A DNA stretch of 64,000 nt from Salisapilia sapeloensis CBS 127946 (GCA_023334545.1 JAADVB010000015.1:74626-138625); one strand, 5' to 3'. Counted from the stretch's first letter, positions 24,186 to 34,629 are shown. Translations and numbers: made by a program. The notes: a model not told the origin generated them from the letters alone.

Positions 24186-25376
24186 TTACTTGCCCGTCTT
24201 TTGGAACTCGTCCCAAGCCGTGTTGACGGCTGCGAAGACGCGCTCGGCGATCAGCAGCTGCTCGGCACTGCGGCCGCTGCTCTTGTCCGGGTGGACGACG
24301 ATCATGGCCTTTCGGTAATACTTTTTCACGTCGTTCGGCTGCAGGAGCTTGCCCATGTTCACCTCTGTCCATTTGGAGCCTTCCCACATGACGTTGTGCA
24401 TAGTCGACAAGAGCGTACGGATGTTCTTCACGCGGCCATTGTCCTCTGCCCAGGCCTTGAGCTTCGGACCGAGGACTGTGCCGGCGCTCTCTTTCTGCGC
24501 ACTTAGTGTCTTGGCGCTCTCCTCTCGCTGCCGCAGCTCATCCCGCGCCTTTGCCATGCCCTGCTGAATCCTCTGTTCCCTCTCTTCCATGGCCCGTCGA
24601 ACATCCTCCGACTTGGTTGCTTTGTCCACTTTACTAGCGTCGTAGACGTTCGAGCCGTCGTAGGAAGTGCCTTGGTACGCCTGCATCTCAGCCATGGTGA
24701 CAGGACCGACAGTTTGGTTGGTCTCGTCGTCAAATTTGGGAGACTCTTTGTACGCCTGCTTTACAGGCGCTTTCTTCTTTGTCTGTGGAGGTGCATCGTT
24801 CATCAAGTCAATGTTCGAGCCTCCAGATAAAAAGTCTTGGGCTGGGGATGCTTGTGGAGGTTTGGATTTGGCCTCCTTTGCTGCAGGCCGCTTCTCACTG
24901 TACGCTGGCTCTGCCGATGCCTCCCTCCGCTTGGGGCTTGGAGCTCGATACGGAGGGCGCTTGTCACTGTATGTTGGTTCTGCAGGCGTTTCCCTCCGTT
25001 TGGGACTCGGAGCTTGATACGAAGCAGGAGACTGAGGCTTGTACGATGGCTGCATCGGTTTTCGACGGAAGACCAGTCCTCGTTTAACTGGTCGGCGAAG
25101 GCGCAGGAGTTTGCATATCACGCGTCCGTTCACCATAGGAATGCGAGTACTAGGATCAGAGACATCAAGCCAGAAGAAGGTCTTTTGTCCGGCCTTGGTC
25201 GTGTGATTCAGTCGAAAGCGAAAGTGGAATTGAGAGGCGTTTCCGAGGGGAAATGCTCGCTGCACGTCTGCAAAAGTGACTTCCGAGGAGTCTCCGATGC
25301 GGAAGGCATTCGGGTGCGATCGTTCTTCCCCATCCTCACCCTGGACAAAGTAAAAGGCCCACACACCGCTATCCAT
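24186..25376 (-). CDS. Auxilin-like J-domain protein with an N-terminal DIX-like domain (396 aa)
   Basis: C-terminal auxilin J-domain (NIRTLLSTMH..W...VKKYYRKAMIVVHPDK). N-terminal FYFVQ...VTFADV..AFP...FHFRF...FFWLDV...IPMVNGRVICKLL resembles a DIX domain. Confidence 0.85.
   Translation of the reverse strand: MDSGVWAFYFVQGEDGEERSHPNAFRIGDSSEVTFADVQRAFPLGNASQFHFRFRLNHTTKAGQKTFFWLDVSDPSTRIPMVNGRVICKLLRLRRPVKRGLVFRRKPMQPSYKPQSPASYQAPSPKRRETPAEPTYSDKRPPYRAPSPKRREASAEPAYSEKRPAAKEAKSKPPQASPAQDFLSGGSNIDLMNDAPPQTKKKAPVKQAYKESPKFDDETNQTVGPVTMAEMQAYQGTSYDGSNVYDASKVDKATKSEDVRRAMEEREQRIQQGMAKARDELRQREESAKTLSAQKESAGTVLGPKLKAWAEDNGRVKNIRTLLSTMHNVMWEGSKWTEVNMGKLLQPNDVKKYYRKAMIVVHPDKSSGRSAEQLLIAERVFAAVNTAWDEFQKTGK
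24891..25028. repeat. 69-bp (23-aa) tandem duplication inside the auxilin-like linker
   Basis: cttctcactgtacgctggctctgc... at 24891 recurs as cttgtcactgtatgttggttctgc... at 24960. The protein reads APSPKRRETPAEPTYSDKRPPYR / APSPKRREASAEPAYSEKRPAAK. Confidence 0.85.
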
Positions 25377-25587
25377 GACACTTTTTACAATTTATGCGTC
25401 TAGAGTCGTATCAGTTTTGTTGTACAAGACATACAATATTCAAGTGAATTGACGAGGAAGCGTGGTATCTCGAACGCGATCTTCAAGAGAAGGATACTTG
25501 CTGGTAAGCTGCGTATTGATCCGACTGAATGATCGGATGTGCCATTTGCAGCTGGTGCGAGTACGTTATATATATTTATGGCTTTGT

Positions 25588-27152
25588 CTAGGGGAATTTG
25601 TCGTACACGCCAAAATCGCTTCTAGTCGACACCCGGGAGGCCTTGGAGAAGCGCAACCACGCCAGCACGAGAACACTGCAGCTGGCGCTGACGACGAAGA
25701 CGCCGTCAAAATAGAGCTGAAAGCCATCAAAGTCAATACCTCCAACGACTTGGTCGATGTGGTCCCGATGCTCCTGCTTTAAGTTCATGCGCATGAGGAC
25801 AAAGGCCGATACAAAGTACATGCCCATGAGGTGCGCAAACACGAGGACGACGCTGTTGGACCAGACGATGCTCGACCACTCACGAAACACTTTCACGAGT
25901 GTCACCAAGAACCCTCTTGTCTGCGTGATCACCAGCACGCCCACAAGAGCGAGAGACGCCATCTCTGACACCTCCCGGACGTCCACGACCAAGGACGCGT
26001 CCGGGTATATGTACAAGAGCTTTTCGATCGCATCCGAGATCGGATCCTTGTCTCTATTCCGCCGAAAGACGACGTTGGCGGTGCTCGTGACCATCTTGTA
26101 GAGGCAAAAGGCAGACAGGACGTAGCCGAAGAAGTTGAGCATCCGACCCTGGACCGTTCGTGCCTTTTGTGATCGCATCTGAATGTCCCGAAGGTCGTGT
26201 AACTCGAGAAACATTTCTCTACCTAGGTTGTTTAGTGTCTTGATCTCTGCTTTGAGTCCTTCGACGAAATCTTGATGACTGCTTTCCGATGGCGCACGCA
26301 AGGGAGAAGGTGTGAGGGCGTTCCAGACGCGAGTAGACAACGAAAGGGTCTCTGCTTTATCATGACGGTGCACTCGTCGCTCTAAACTCAATCGCTTCTT
26401 TTTAGCGGATAGTAGCTGTAGGTTGTGTAGAAGCCTCCTCTCCAACGACTCGATGTCGTCCTCAGCGATATGCTGCCAGCAAAATGAGAGGTATTCGTAT
26501 GGACAGTTGACGGCACCGAAGCCTGATAGCGTGGCCATCACCACGACACCAAGAAGTCCTACACGACTGACGGCATGTCGGATGGAGAAAATGGCTATTG
26601 AACATGAAAGAATGAGATTGGGATGCGGTCATGACACAAGGATAGGAACGTACTCTGGAATGAAAGGGGCACGGCGATTTCACCATCGAGCAAAGCTCCA
26701 AGTTTCCAGAATGAGGGTAAGTAGATGATAAAGGTGCATGCGGCTACGATGAAGGAAGTCTTGCGTCCAAGGCCGTACTCTCTGCTTACGGTGAAGAAGA
26801 GGGCGAGAGGAATGAAGACTATGAGGAGGTACGTGATCACGCCGAGATTCACTCGCCATCCCCACAGTCTAGATCTGGATGAAAGCAGTCCTGTCACTTC
26901 GCACAGGATGAGTTGAGCTAGACTGAGAGAGAAAGTGAAGGATGCCCCGAAGAGCAGTCGCGGGACCGGACTTCGCACTTCATAGTCGCGAAAGAGTCGA
27001 GCGGAAAAGAAATGCCGGGCTATGAGGTAGAAGACAACCCATCCACCGCATATGACGGTCAGGTCTCGCACTGGGAGCGTCGGAGCCGTCGCGAGTAGCT
27101 CCGGACTCAAGCTCACCTCTTGCATTGATGCGTTTGTTCGTGTTGGTGCCAC
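25588..27152 (-). CDS. GPR89: Golgi pH regulator / GPR89 (GTG) family multi-TM protein, multi-exon
   Basis: LFRDYEVR, LILCEV, MATLSGFGAVNCPY, LFLELHDL, NFFGYVLSAFCLYK, MGMYFVSAFVLMRMN and FDGVFVVSA. Confidence 0.92.
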
Positions 27153-27227
27153 GACTTGCGCATTTTAGATATAATCAGATAGCATGCGTATTTAGGAGCT
27201 TGAACAGCCTTTTGGCTAGAAACGGCA

Positions 27228-30200
27228 ATGAGTGCCACGAGCGATCGGGAGCCAGATAGTCTGTGGGATGCGTTCGAAGCGTTCAATGTTCGAGCTCAGG
27301 AGAGAGTGGAGAGATTGATTGCGGCTACGGACAAGGAGCTGTATGCACCAATCGATGAAGACGAGCCTTTTCAAGACGAAGAGCAACTGTGCTCGGATGA
27401 TGCGCATCTTCGGAGAACGTCCGAGCAGCTGAGAGCATTGGCCATTCCACCGTTCGTCAACTGGAAACGGACATTTGCCTACCTTCGGATTGATGGCAAG
27501 TCATTTTCGGAAGAGACGGCTTTGGATATCTCTGAGAGCAGTCATGTCGAGGCAGTGCTTGCCATGCAGTACGACAACTCTTCAGCGTTAGTGGAAGAAG
27601 CGGAAGTTGTTGAACAGCATGACGTGGAGAGTGATACACACAGCGAACTAGACGAAAGTGTTGAATTAGTACTAGATGAGTTAACGACGCGCTTATTTTC
27701 AAGTATGGTCGCACCGGCAGTAGTTCAGACAGCCGAGTCGCTGCTCCAAGCAAAGCAAATATGGTTACGAACTGTACGTGAGGAGGAAGAGCGACGCAGA
27801 GTAGAATTAGAACGAAGGAGACAGGAAGAGGAAGACCGACGGATGGAAGTGCAGAGACGAAAAAGAGCCAAAGAGCGAATGGAGCTTGATCAGGCAATGA
27901 ACGATTTGGTCTGTGGTGTAGTTCAGAAAGCAAAAGCCCAGAAAAAATCAGAAGAGCAATACAGAGTGGTGATGGAACGAATTAAACAAGAAGAGGAAGA
28001 AAGAAGACTCGAAATGGAGAGAAGAGAGAAAGCCAAGGATCGAATGGAACTTGAAAATGCGATGGATGGTTTGGTGTATGGCGTCGAGCAAAAGATAGAG
28101 AGTCAGAGGATACGAGAGGACAAGCAGCGGTTGGAGAAGCTTTGGAAGAAACAAGTGGAAATGGAAGTACATGATCTAATGAACTACATCCTGAATGGAA
28201 TTGAAGAGTCAATTTACCACGAACAACTGCGTGCTAAACGAAATGTAGAAGAGCAAGCAGCACGGTGGCGGCAGGAATTGGAGGAAGTTGACTTGATCCT
28301 AAGACAATTGTCGGAAGGGATTGAAGAAAGCGAACATTTTAGAGAGGTGAGTCTCGCAATCCGTCAGATACAAGAGATACTCGTAGATCAAGGCGAAATA
28401 GCGGAAGTGCAAGAGCAGTTGGACGATCTACTTGGTCAAGTGAGTGACCAGGCAGAGTTGGATGAAGTGTGGCTGGGAATTGAAAGGTTGCGGGAGTCAG
28501 TTGTCGACGCAGCTAATAAGACAGCACCAGAGGCTATAGCCTACGCGGAGGAAGAGCCATCGATGAGCTATATTATGCATTCCATAAGTTCCTGCATAGA
28601 AAAGGAAGAATTGCTAGGCGAACGGCTAGGACATGGCAATAACCCCAATTGCGATGAGCAGTTGGTAGAAGGCATTGACAGCAACAATACGAGTGTTCAA
28701 AGTGCTGATCAAGAGCACAATGACCTTGGATCAGCAGAAAGATATAATTCAGAGCATATCGGGCACAAGGAAGAGGTAAAACTGTGTGACGAGTTATCTA
28801 GTCCAAGTTTGGATGTGGAACATGCAATAGACAAGGATTACGTCGAGACTATGGAAGCAACGCAAGCAGATTTTTTGACTGATTCGTTCAATGTGATCAA
28901 TGCTAGCTTTAGCGAAGCAGATGACACTTTTGCAAAGGATGGACGTACAGATGAACATGCCGATGATGTCCTCGCAGCAATGGAATTGATGGTAGACTAC
29001 ATCCTCTCCCATGATGACGACGTCGACACAGCTACAGTGGAGTTGGAACGAAAGGAGCCTGGGTACGATGATGAAGTAACCCGCGTAATGCAAAGGATGC
29101 TCTATTGCTTAGAGCAAGCAGACGATCGTTCGACAGACACACTGGGCTTGATTAGAGAGGTACCAGAGGAATATGTATTGGAGACCTCCACCTCGAAGGT
29201 CCAAAGAGATAAAGCTACTATTCTCCAAGATGAGGCATCCTTAACTCCTTTTGGTGATAAAGTTACAGAAAGTGGTGAACTGCAGTTCATACTGAGCGAG
29301 ATACTTGTCATGCTTGACCCTACTGGAGAGGTTGACGACGTTGAGTGCATGCCAACGACCTCGGATACCTCAGCAAATATGAAGACAGATGAAGAACAGT
29401 TGGAAGATGCTGTGATTGACAATGTTCTGGGGATGCTGCTTGTATCGGCAATGAAGACAGAGCAGAAAAGCACGTCTGGTATTCTGGACGAGATGCTCAC
29501 GATGGTGGTAGACGGTTATAGCGCACATCCCGAACCGAAGCTTGTCGATTGTGAAGAAGATGGATGCGTGCAGGAGATTATGAACGATTTAATTGATGCA
29601 ACTGAACAGAAACCAGAGTGTATCTATATAGATGCAGTTGATAGAGATAAAGCTGAGATGGCTCGAGATATCATCCAGGAACTTGTTATGACGATTGAGA
29701 TGGATCACGATGTCGAGGATCATTTAAACGAAGTACAAGATCAAATTTCATCAGTCGTTGCCGATGTTCAACTTGATCAACAGGTAGAAGAACAGACAGA
29801 AGAACAAAGAGCAGAGGAAAGCGAGGCTTCTAGGTCGTCAACATCAAACTTTATGCCAGATGAAAAGGTCCAAGGACAAGGTAGTGCCATTTTTGACATT
29901 CCATCTCTTCTAGACGAAGCTACTGATGTAAATACCTTTGTGGGCGGTGGTCAAGCTATTTCTACATCAATGGATAGTCCAGAAAAAGCGCTTTTGTCAG
30001 ATGATGCTGTCGATGACACTCCAGGACTTCTCATAGAAACTACTGACGTGGAAATGCATGTGGACGATTATGCAAGCACTTCTGCAGTAGTGCAGGGTTC
30101 GGAGAGGGACGTTTTCGTAGACTCTGAAGACGCTTTGATCGCAATAGAAGAGTCTCCCTTTGTAAGAAGAGACATGGCAGGAGTGGATATCCAACAACAA

Positions 30201-31436
30201 GTACAGTGGACAGATCCTGAAAATGACTCTGTCGATTTGGAAGAGTATGCTGACGGTAGGGAAGATGCGGACGATATAGACACCATACTTGAGGAGAAGG
30301 ATGATCCACACACCGTCAGGTCAGATGTAGGTGGACGCATAGTTACAGAATTTATTCGCGAAGGTGTCGAGCAATATCTCCATGAAACAGTGTCGATGGC
30401 TTTAGCACAAGTCGCTTCCTCTATATATGAGAAGCTTCAGCTAGAGCTCTTAAAAGGTGAAAGAGAAGCAGACGCTACTGCTGACCTTCAGACTCTTGAT
30501 GAGCTTGCGGGGACACAAACCGAGAATCTAGACGATCAAGAAAATGAAAGGGTATGTGGAGATGAAGCACCGATCGTCCGTGAGACTGCATCAATAGGAA
30601 ACTCAACGGAGGCATACTCCAATAGGTCCTCTGAAAGTCTGGAAGAAGCCATTGTTCAAGATGAATATCCTCAAGTACTTCTTCATACGCCATCGATGAA
30701 TTCTTTTGTGAGTGAAGATGAAGACGTGATAGGGATGGATGGACCTAGGCAGTGTGTATACGAGACGGTTGAGATACAAACGGAGGACGAGCGAGAAAAA
30801 ATACTAAAAGTTGACAAGGAAATCCAGCCATCACGATCCTTGCAGGCGTTTGGAGTGGATCAAGAGACACAGACTAGCGGACAAGAGTCCACCTCAAGCA
30901 CAGAGACTCGACCCACCTTGCAAGGAAAAGACAAAGTCGGGAAAGAAGAACAGTCTCCACTAACACTCGAGATTCCGAGTCGGCACGAGCTCGATACTGA
31001 AGAGGAAGTCTGGATGGGATCCACAGTCTACTCTCCGCATCGTGAAGTGCATCGTGCTGAGAATAGATACTTTGGTCGTCGAGGTCGCCACTTGATGTAC
31101 ACAACGCCGGTGTTGGAGGCACACCGACGGGCGACGAGTCCTCAGCATCCCAGAAGTCCTGTTCTACCAGCATCACCAGAGCCAAGTCCTCGCGCTCGTC
31201 GACTACAGGCTGCTCATCCAGCTTCCCCAACACCCCCGTCACCACGCCGAGGCTCTGACGAAGTGTACGTTCGCTTACCGATCATCCCTCGAGCCACATC
31301 ACCCACGACGTTTGAAACCAAGAAACTCTTGTCAAGTCTGCACAAGCTATCATCGAGGCACACTGCGTTCGACTCTCTATCGCCAACGAAACCCAGGTCG
31401 TCCATACGACCACTGCCTTCGCCCAACAATCGCTAG
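27228..31436 (+). CDS. Large acidic low-complexity protein (1402 aa) with a possible FAM149/DUF3719-like N-terminal motif
   Basis: 4.2-kb uninterrupted ORF, very E/D rich. VERLIAATDKELY...NWKRTFAYLRIDG recalls the DUF3719 core. Basic Pro/Ser-rich C-terminal tail. Confidence 0.8.
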   Translation: MSATSDREPDSLWDAFEAFNVRAQERVERLIAATDKELYAPIDEDEPFQDEEQLCSDDAHLRRTSEQLRALAIPPFVNWKRTFAYLRIDGKSFSEETALDISESSHVEAVLAMQYDNSSALVEEAEVVEQHDVESDTHSELDESVELVLDELTTRLFSSMVAPAVVQTAESLLQAKQIWLRTVREEEERRRVELERRRQEEEDRRMEVQRRKRAKERMELDQAMNDLVCGVVQKAKAQKKSEEQYRVVMERIKQEEEERRLEMERREKAKDRMELENAMDGLVYGVEQKIESQRIREDKQRLEKLWKKQVEMEVHDLMNYILNGIEESIYHEQLRAKRNVEEQAARWRQELEEVDLILRQLSEGIEESEHFREVSLAIRQIQEILVDQGEIAEVQEQLDDLLGQVSDQAELDEVWLGIERLRESVVDAANKTAPEAIAYAEEEPSMSYIMHSISSCIEKEELLGERLGHGNNPNCDEQLVEGIDSNNTSVQSADQEHNDLGSAERYNSEHIGHKEEVKLCDELSSPSLDVEHAIDKDYVETMEATQADFLTDSFNVINASFSEADDTFAKDGRTDEHADDVLAAMELMVDYILSHDDDVDTATVELERKEPGYDDEVTRVMQRMLYCLEQADDRSTDTLGLIREVPEEYVLETSTSKVQRDKATILQDEASLTPFGDKVTESGELQFILSEILVMLDPTGEVDDVECMPTTSDTSANMKTDEEQLEDAVIDNVLGMLLVSAMKTEQKSTSGILDEMLTMVVDGYSAHPEPKLVDCEEDGCVQEIMNDLIDATEQKPECIYIDAVDRDKAEMARDIIQELVMTIEMDHDVEDHLNEVQDQISSVVADVQLDQQVEEQTEEQRAEESEASRSSTSNFMPDEKVQGQGSAIFDIPSLLDEATDVNTFVGGGQAISTSMDSPEKALLSDDAVDDTPGLLIETTDVEMHVDDYASTSAVVQGSERDVFVDSEDALIAIEESPFVRRDMAGVDIQQQVQWTDPENDSVDLEEYADGREDADDIDTILEEKDDPHTVRSDVGGRIVTEFIREGVEQYLHETVSMALAQVASSIYEKLQLELLKGEREADATADLQTLDELAGTQTENLDDQENERVCGDEAPIVRETASIGNSTEAYSNRSSESLEEAIVQDEYPQVLLHTPSMNSFVSEDEDVIGMDGPRQCVYETVEIQTEDEREKILKVDKEIQPSRSLQAFGVDQETQTSGQESTSSTETRPTLQGKDKVGKEEQSPLTLEIPSRHELDTEEEVWMGSTVYSPHREVHRAENRYFGRRGRHLMYTTPVLEAHRRATSPQHPRSPVLPASPEPSPRARRLQAAHPASPTPPSPRRGSDEVYVRLPIIPRATSPTTFETKKLLSSLHKLSSRHTAFDSLSPTKPRSSIRPLPSPNNR
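27822..28151 (+). repeat. Two-copy 165-bp (55-aa) internal repeat in the 1402-aa ORF
   Basis: QEEEDRRMEVQRRKRAKERMELDQAMNDLVCGV begins at 27822 and QEEEERRLEMERREKAKDRMELENAMDGLVYGV begins at 27987. Confidence 0.8.
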
Positions 31437-31510
31437 AACAAGTATTCTCTTTTCCCATTTCGATTTATTTCTCTCTTACTCGTAGCAAAAGCCAAACATC
31501 GTCTTCGGTC

Positions 31511-33166
31511 TTACTTGGCAGGCCAGGCCTTTTTCCCTTGCATCACCGCCTCAATATCCTCCACCGTGCGCGGCACGTTCGTCATATTCTCCACGCCGTC
31601 GGCCGTCACGATCACATCCGTCTCGATACGCACACCCCCAGAGCCACGGAAGCGCTGGAGCATCTCCTGATTGACGAACTTGGCAGTCTCCGGCTTGCTC
31701 AGCACGTCCTTGATCTGGGCTTCGATAAAGTAGCACCCAGGCTCGATCGTCAGTACCATGTTCTTCTCCAGAGTCCGGACGCAGCGCAAGCGACCGAGGA
31801 TCTTACTCGTAGAGCGCTCGTATCCGACAGGGAAGCCCCCAACGTCGTGCACGTCGAGACCCATGAGGTGGCCCATGCCCGTCGGGAAGAAGTAGGCAGA
31901 GATCTCGTGGTCCATGAGCTCGTCTACCGTTCCGTTCTGGAAGAGTCCAACCTCCAGCAAGTACTGTGTTAGCACTCGGTGGGACAGGAGGTGCATATCG
32001 ACCCACGTGACGCCAGGTCGAATGGCGTCCATCACGGCATCATGCGACTTCTTGACGCCGTTATAGATAAGGCGCTGGTCTGGCGTGAACTTGCCGTTCA
32101 CAGGGAAGGTGCAGGTGATGTCCGAGGCGTACCCGTGCAGCGCAGCCCCCATGTCGTTCAGCAACAAGTCTCCGTCTTCCAGCCGACGGTCGTTCGGAGC
32201 ACCTGGATGACCGTAGTGCAGCGTCGAGGCGTTGTGTCCACTGCCGCAGATGCACGTGTAGGCATAGAGTCTAGCTCCTCCCTTCGAGTAGCACTGGTGG
32301 AGGAACTCGCTCTCGGCGTGGAACTCCATTCGTCCTGGCTTCATCCGCAGCATGACCTGGACGTGCGCCTGGGAGCTGAGTGAGTTGACGAAGCGCATGA
32401 GCTCCAGCTCCTTCTCCGTCTTGATGAGCCGCTGCTCACACAGGATCGGGTGCAGCGTCATTAAGTCACGCTCAAAGTCCTCGATGCCGTCAAAGGTGGA
32501 GGTGGTCGCCGTCGTGAGTCCGCTGTCCGTGTTCTTCCCGTGCAAGAGGTAGAGCTTCTCGACAGCGAACTCGTTCTTGAGGACGTGGTGCATCTCGTCC
32601 ATGAAGAAGACAAAGTCCACCTTGTACTGGGCCTTGAAGTAGCTCAAGGCCTTGCGCTCGCCACACCAGAGCTCCCACTCGTCACTCAAGCGAGGGACGA
32701 AGAGAATGCTCTTCATCGACTCTAGGTCGATGGCTCCAGCGCATCCAGGCTCTCGAACACCAAAGAGATACTGGAAGAAGCTCTCTTGGCGGAACATGTA
32801 CTGCGTGTCCGTGTCGTAGTGGTCCACTTCGTCTCCGCCATGGAGCAAGACGGCCGATCTCGTCTTCCCAGCAGACTTGTCAGCCGCCAAGATGGACGGG
32901 ATGAGTCGCTGCCGCTGCTGTGCGTGCATAGTGTAGTCGATGGGGAACAGTTCGTATCCCTCGGCAGCATCCGCGAGTGCCACTGGCGTCATTCCGTTCG
33001 TGTGCGCATGTCCGTTATTGGCTGCCGAGATGATACCATCCACTGCGGCTCTCTCAGCCTGCACCTTCTTATACTTGGCCGTCCGAGACCGCTGCCACAA
33101 TGCAACGGAGGCAATGGTGGCCGCCGCCGTGGCCGTCGTCAGCACACTCGTCGTCTCCGAGCTCAT
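31511..33166 (-). CDS. PEPD: Xaa-Pro dipeptidase (prolidase, M24B), 551 aa
   Basis: FRQESFFQYLFGV, CICGSG..LHYGH, DMG...ASDITC, GHLMGLDVHD, TIEPG and GGVRIE. Confidence 0.93.
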   Translation of the reverse strand: MSSETTSVLTTATAAATIASVALWQRSRTAKYKKVQAERAAVDGIISAANNGHAHTNGMTPVALADAAEGYELFPIDYTMHAQQRQRLIPSILAADKSAGKTRSAVLLHGGDEVDHYDTDTQYMFRQESFFQYLFGVREPGCAGAIDLESMKSILFVPRLSDEWELWCGERKALSYFKAQYKVDFVFFMDEMHHVLKNEFAVEKLYLLHGKNTDSGLTTATTSTFDGIEDFERDLMTLHPILCEQRLIKTEKELELMRFVNSLSSQAHVQVMLRMKPGRMEFHAESEFLHQCYSKGGARLYAYTCICGSGHNASTLHYGHPGAPNDRRLEDGDLLLNDMGAALHGYASDITCTFPVNGKFTPDQRLIYNGVKKSHDAVMDAIRPGVTWVDMHLLSHRVLTQYLLEVGLFQNGTVDELMDHEISAYFFPTGMGHLMGLDVHDVGGFPVGYERSTSKILGRLRCVRTLEKNMVLTIEPGCYFIEAQIKDVLSKPETAKFVNQEMLQRFRGSGGVRIETDVIVTADGVENMTNVPRTVEDIEAVMQGKKAWPAK

Positions 33167-33336
33167 GTTCGAGATATGAAAATTTCAGTCAGGCGATTGG
33201 ATATCTTCGTTTTCAGTTAAGTAGTTAAGAACCGTTACCGAAAGTGTGGGGCTATGAGGTTTACGTATGCAGATCCCGAGTTTGACAAGACAAGTTGTAC
33301 TTCAATCCCCTCTCCTCCGAAGCTTCATTTTAGAAG

Positions 33337-34629
33337 ATGCAGCGCATTGAACGAGTTAGAGCACACGTCGGCACCGGGAATGCCAAGGCTGCCACCGAGC
33401 AGGCAGACGACGACGTCGTCATTGTCTCCGCCTTCCGCACGCCTGTTACCAAAGCCAGACGCGGCGGTTTCAAGGACACCACGCCTGATGTCCTCCTTGG
33501 ACAGGTTCTCCAGGCGGTGTTGAAGCAGGCGAAACTAGACCCCAAGCGCGTTGGAGATGTTGTTGTTGGCAACGTCCTCCAGCCTGGATCTGGCGCCAAC
33601 ATGGCCCGTATGGCCCAGTTGGCCGCCGGCATTCCGTACTCGGTTCCGCTGCACACGGTCAACCGTCAGTGCAGCTCTGGTCTACAGGCCGTCGCGAACG
33701 TCGTCTCGGCCATCAAAGCAGGCTACTACGACATTGGCATTGGTGCCGGCGTCGAGTGCATGACGCTAGGGGCCATCGGTCAGGACCCGCCGACGGTCGA
33801 TTGGGACTGGATCGGAGAATCCCCGGATGCCATGGCGTGTACGATCCCCATGGGTATCACGAGTGAAAACGTTGCGGAGCAGAACGGCATCAATCGCCAG
33901 ACGCAGGACGAGTTCAGTGCGTACTCGCAGCAAAAGGCCGCCCAGGCGCAGAAGAACGGATACTTTAAGCAAGAGATCCAGCCGGTGGCCACCGTCCTCA
34001 AGGACAAAGACGGAAACGAGAAGAAGGTCATCATCTCGCAAGACGATGGCGTCCGTGCCAACACGACGGCTGAGGGACTTGGAAAGCTGAAACCTGCCTT
34101 CAAGAAGGGAGGCAGCACGACGGCCGGCAACTCGAGCCAGGTGAGCGACGGAGCTGCGGCCGTGCTGCTCATGCGTCGATCCGTTGCCAAGGACATGGGT
34201 CTATCGGTCCTCGGACGCTTCGTGTCGTACGCCGTGGCCGGTGTCCCTCCGTCGATCATGGGCATTGGTCCGGCCGTGGCCATCCCGGAGGCCGTCAAGA
34301 AGGCTGGACTGACCCTGGACGACATCGACGTGTTCGAAATCAACGAGGCGTTTGCCAGTCAGGCGACGTACTGCGTTGACAAGCTCGGCATTCCGATGGA
34401 CAAGGTCAACCCGAACGGTACATATAATTTATGATTTTACAAAGCGATGAGATACTTATAATGAATTGTAGGTGGAGCAATTGCCTTGGGTCATCCGCTC
34501 GGATGCACGGGGGCTCGTATGACGGCGACGTTGATGCACCAGCTGAAGCGCACGGGTAAACGTTATGGAGTTGTTAGCATGTGCATCGGCACGGGCATGG
34601 GCGCCGCTGCTGTGTACGAACACGAGTAA
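33337..34629 (+). CDS. ACAA1: 3-ketoacyl-CoA thiolase, peroxisomal type (PTS2-like N-terminus)
   Basis: NRQCSSGLQ (catalytic Cys), [18 protein letters not shown] across an intron at ~34419-34470, and [12 protein letters not shown] 34627-34629. Confidence 0.95.

Noticed and set aside
12301-27152. Apparent membrane-traffic cluster (NECAP, auxilin, GPR89)
   Set aside because: The genes are separated by unrelated genes over 15 kb, and the functional class is common.
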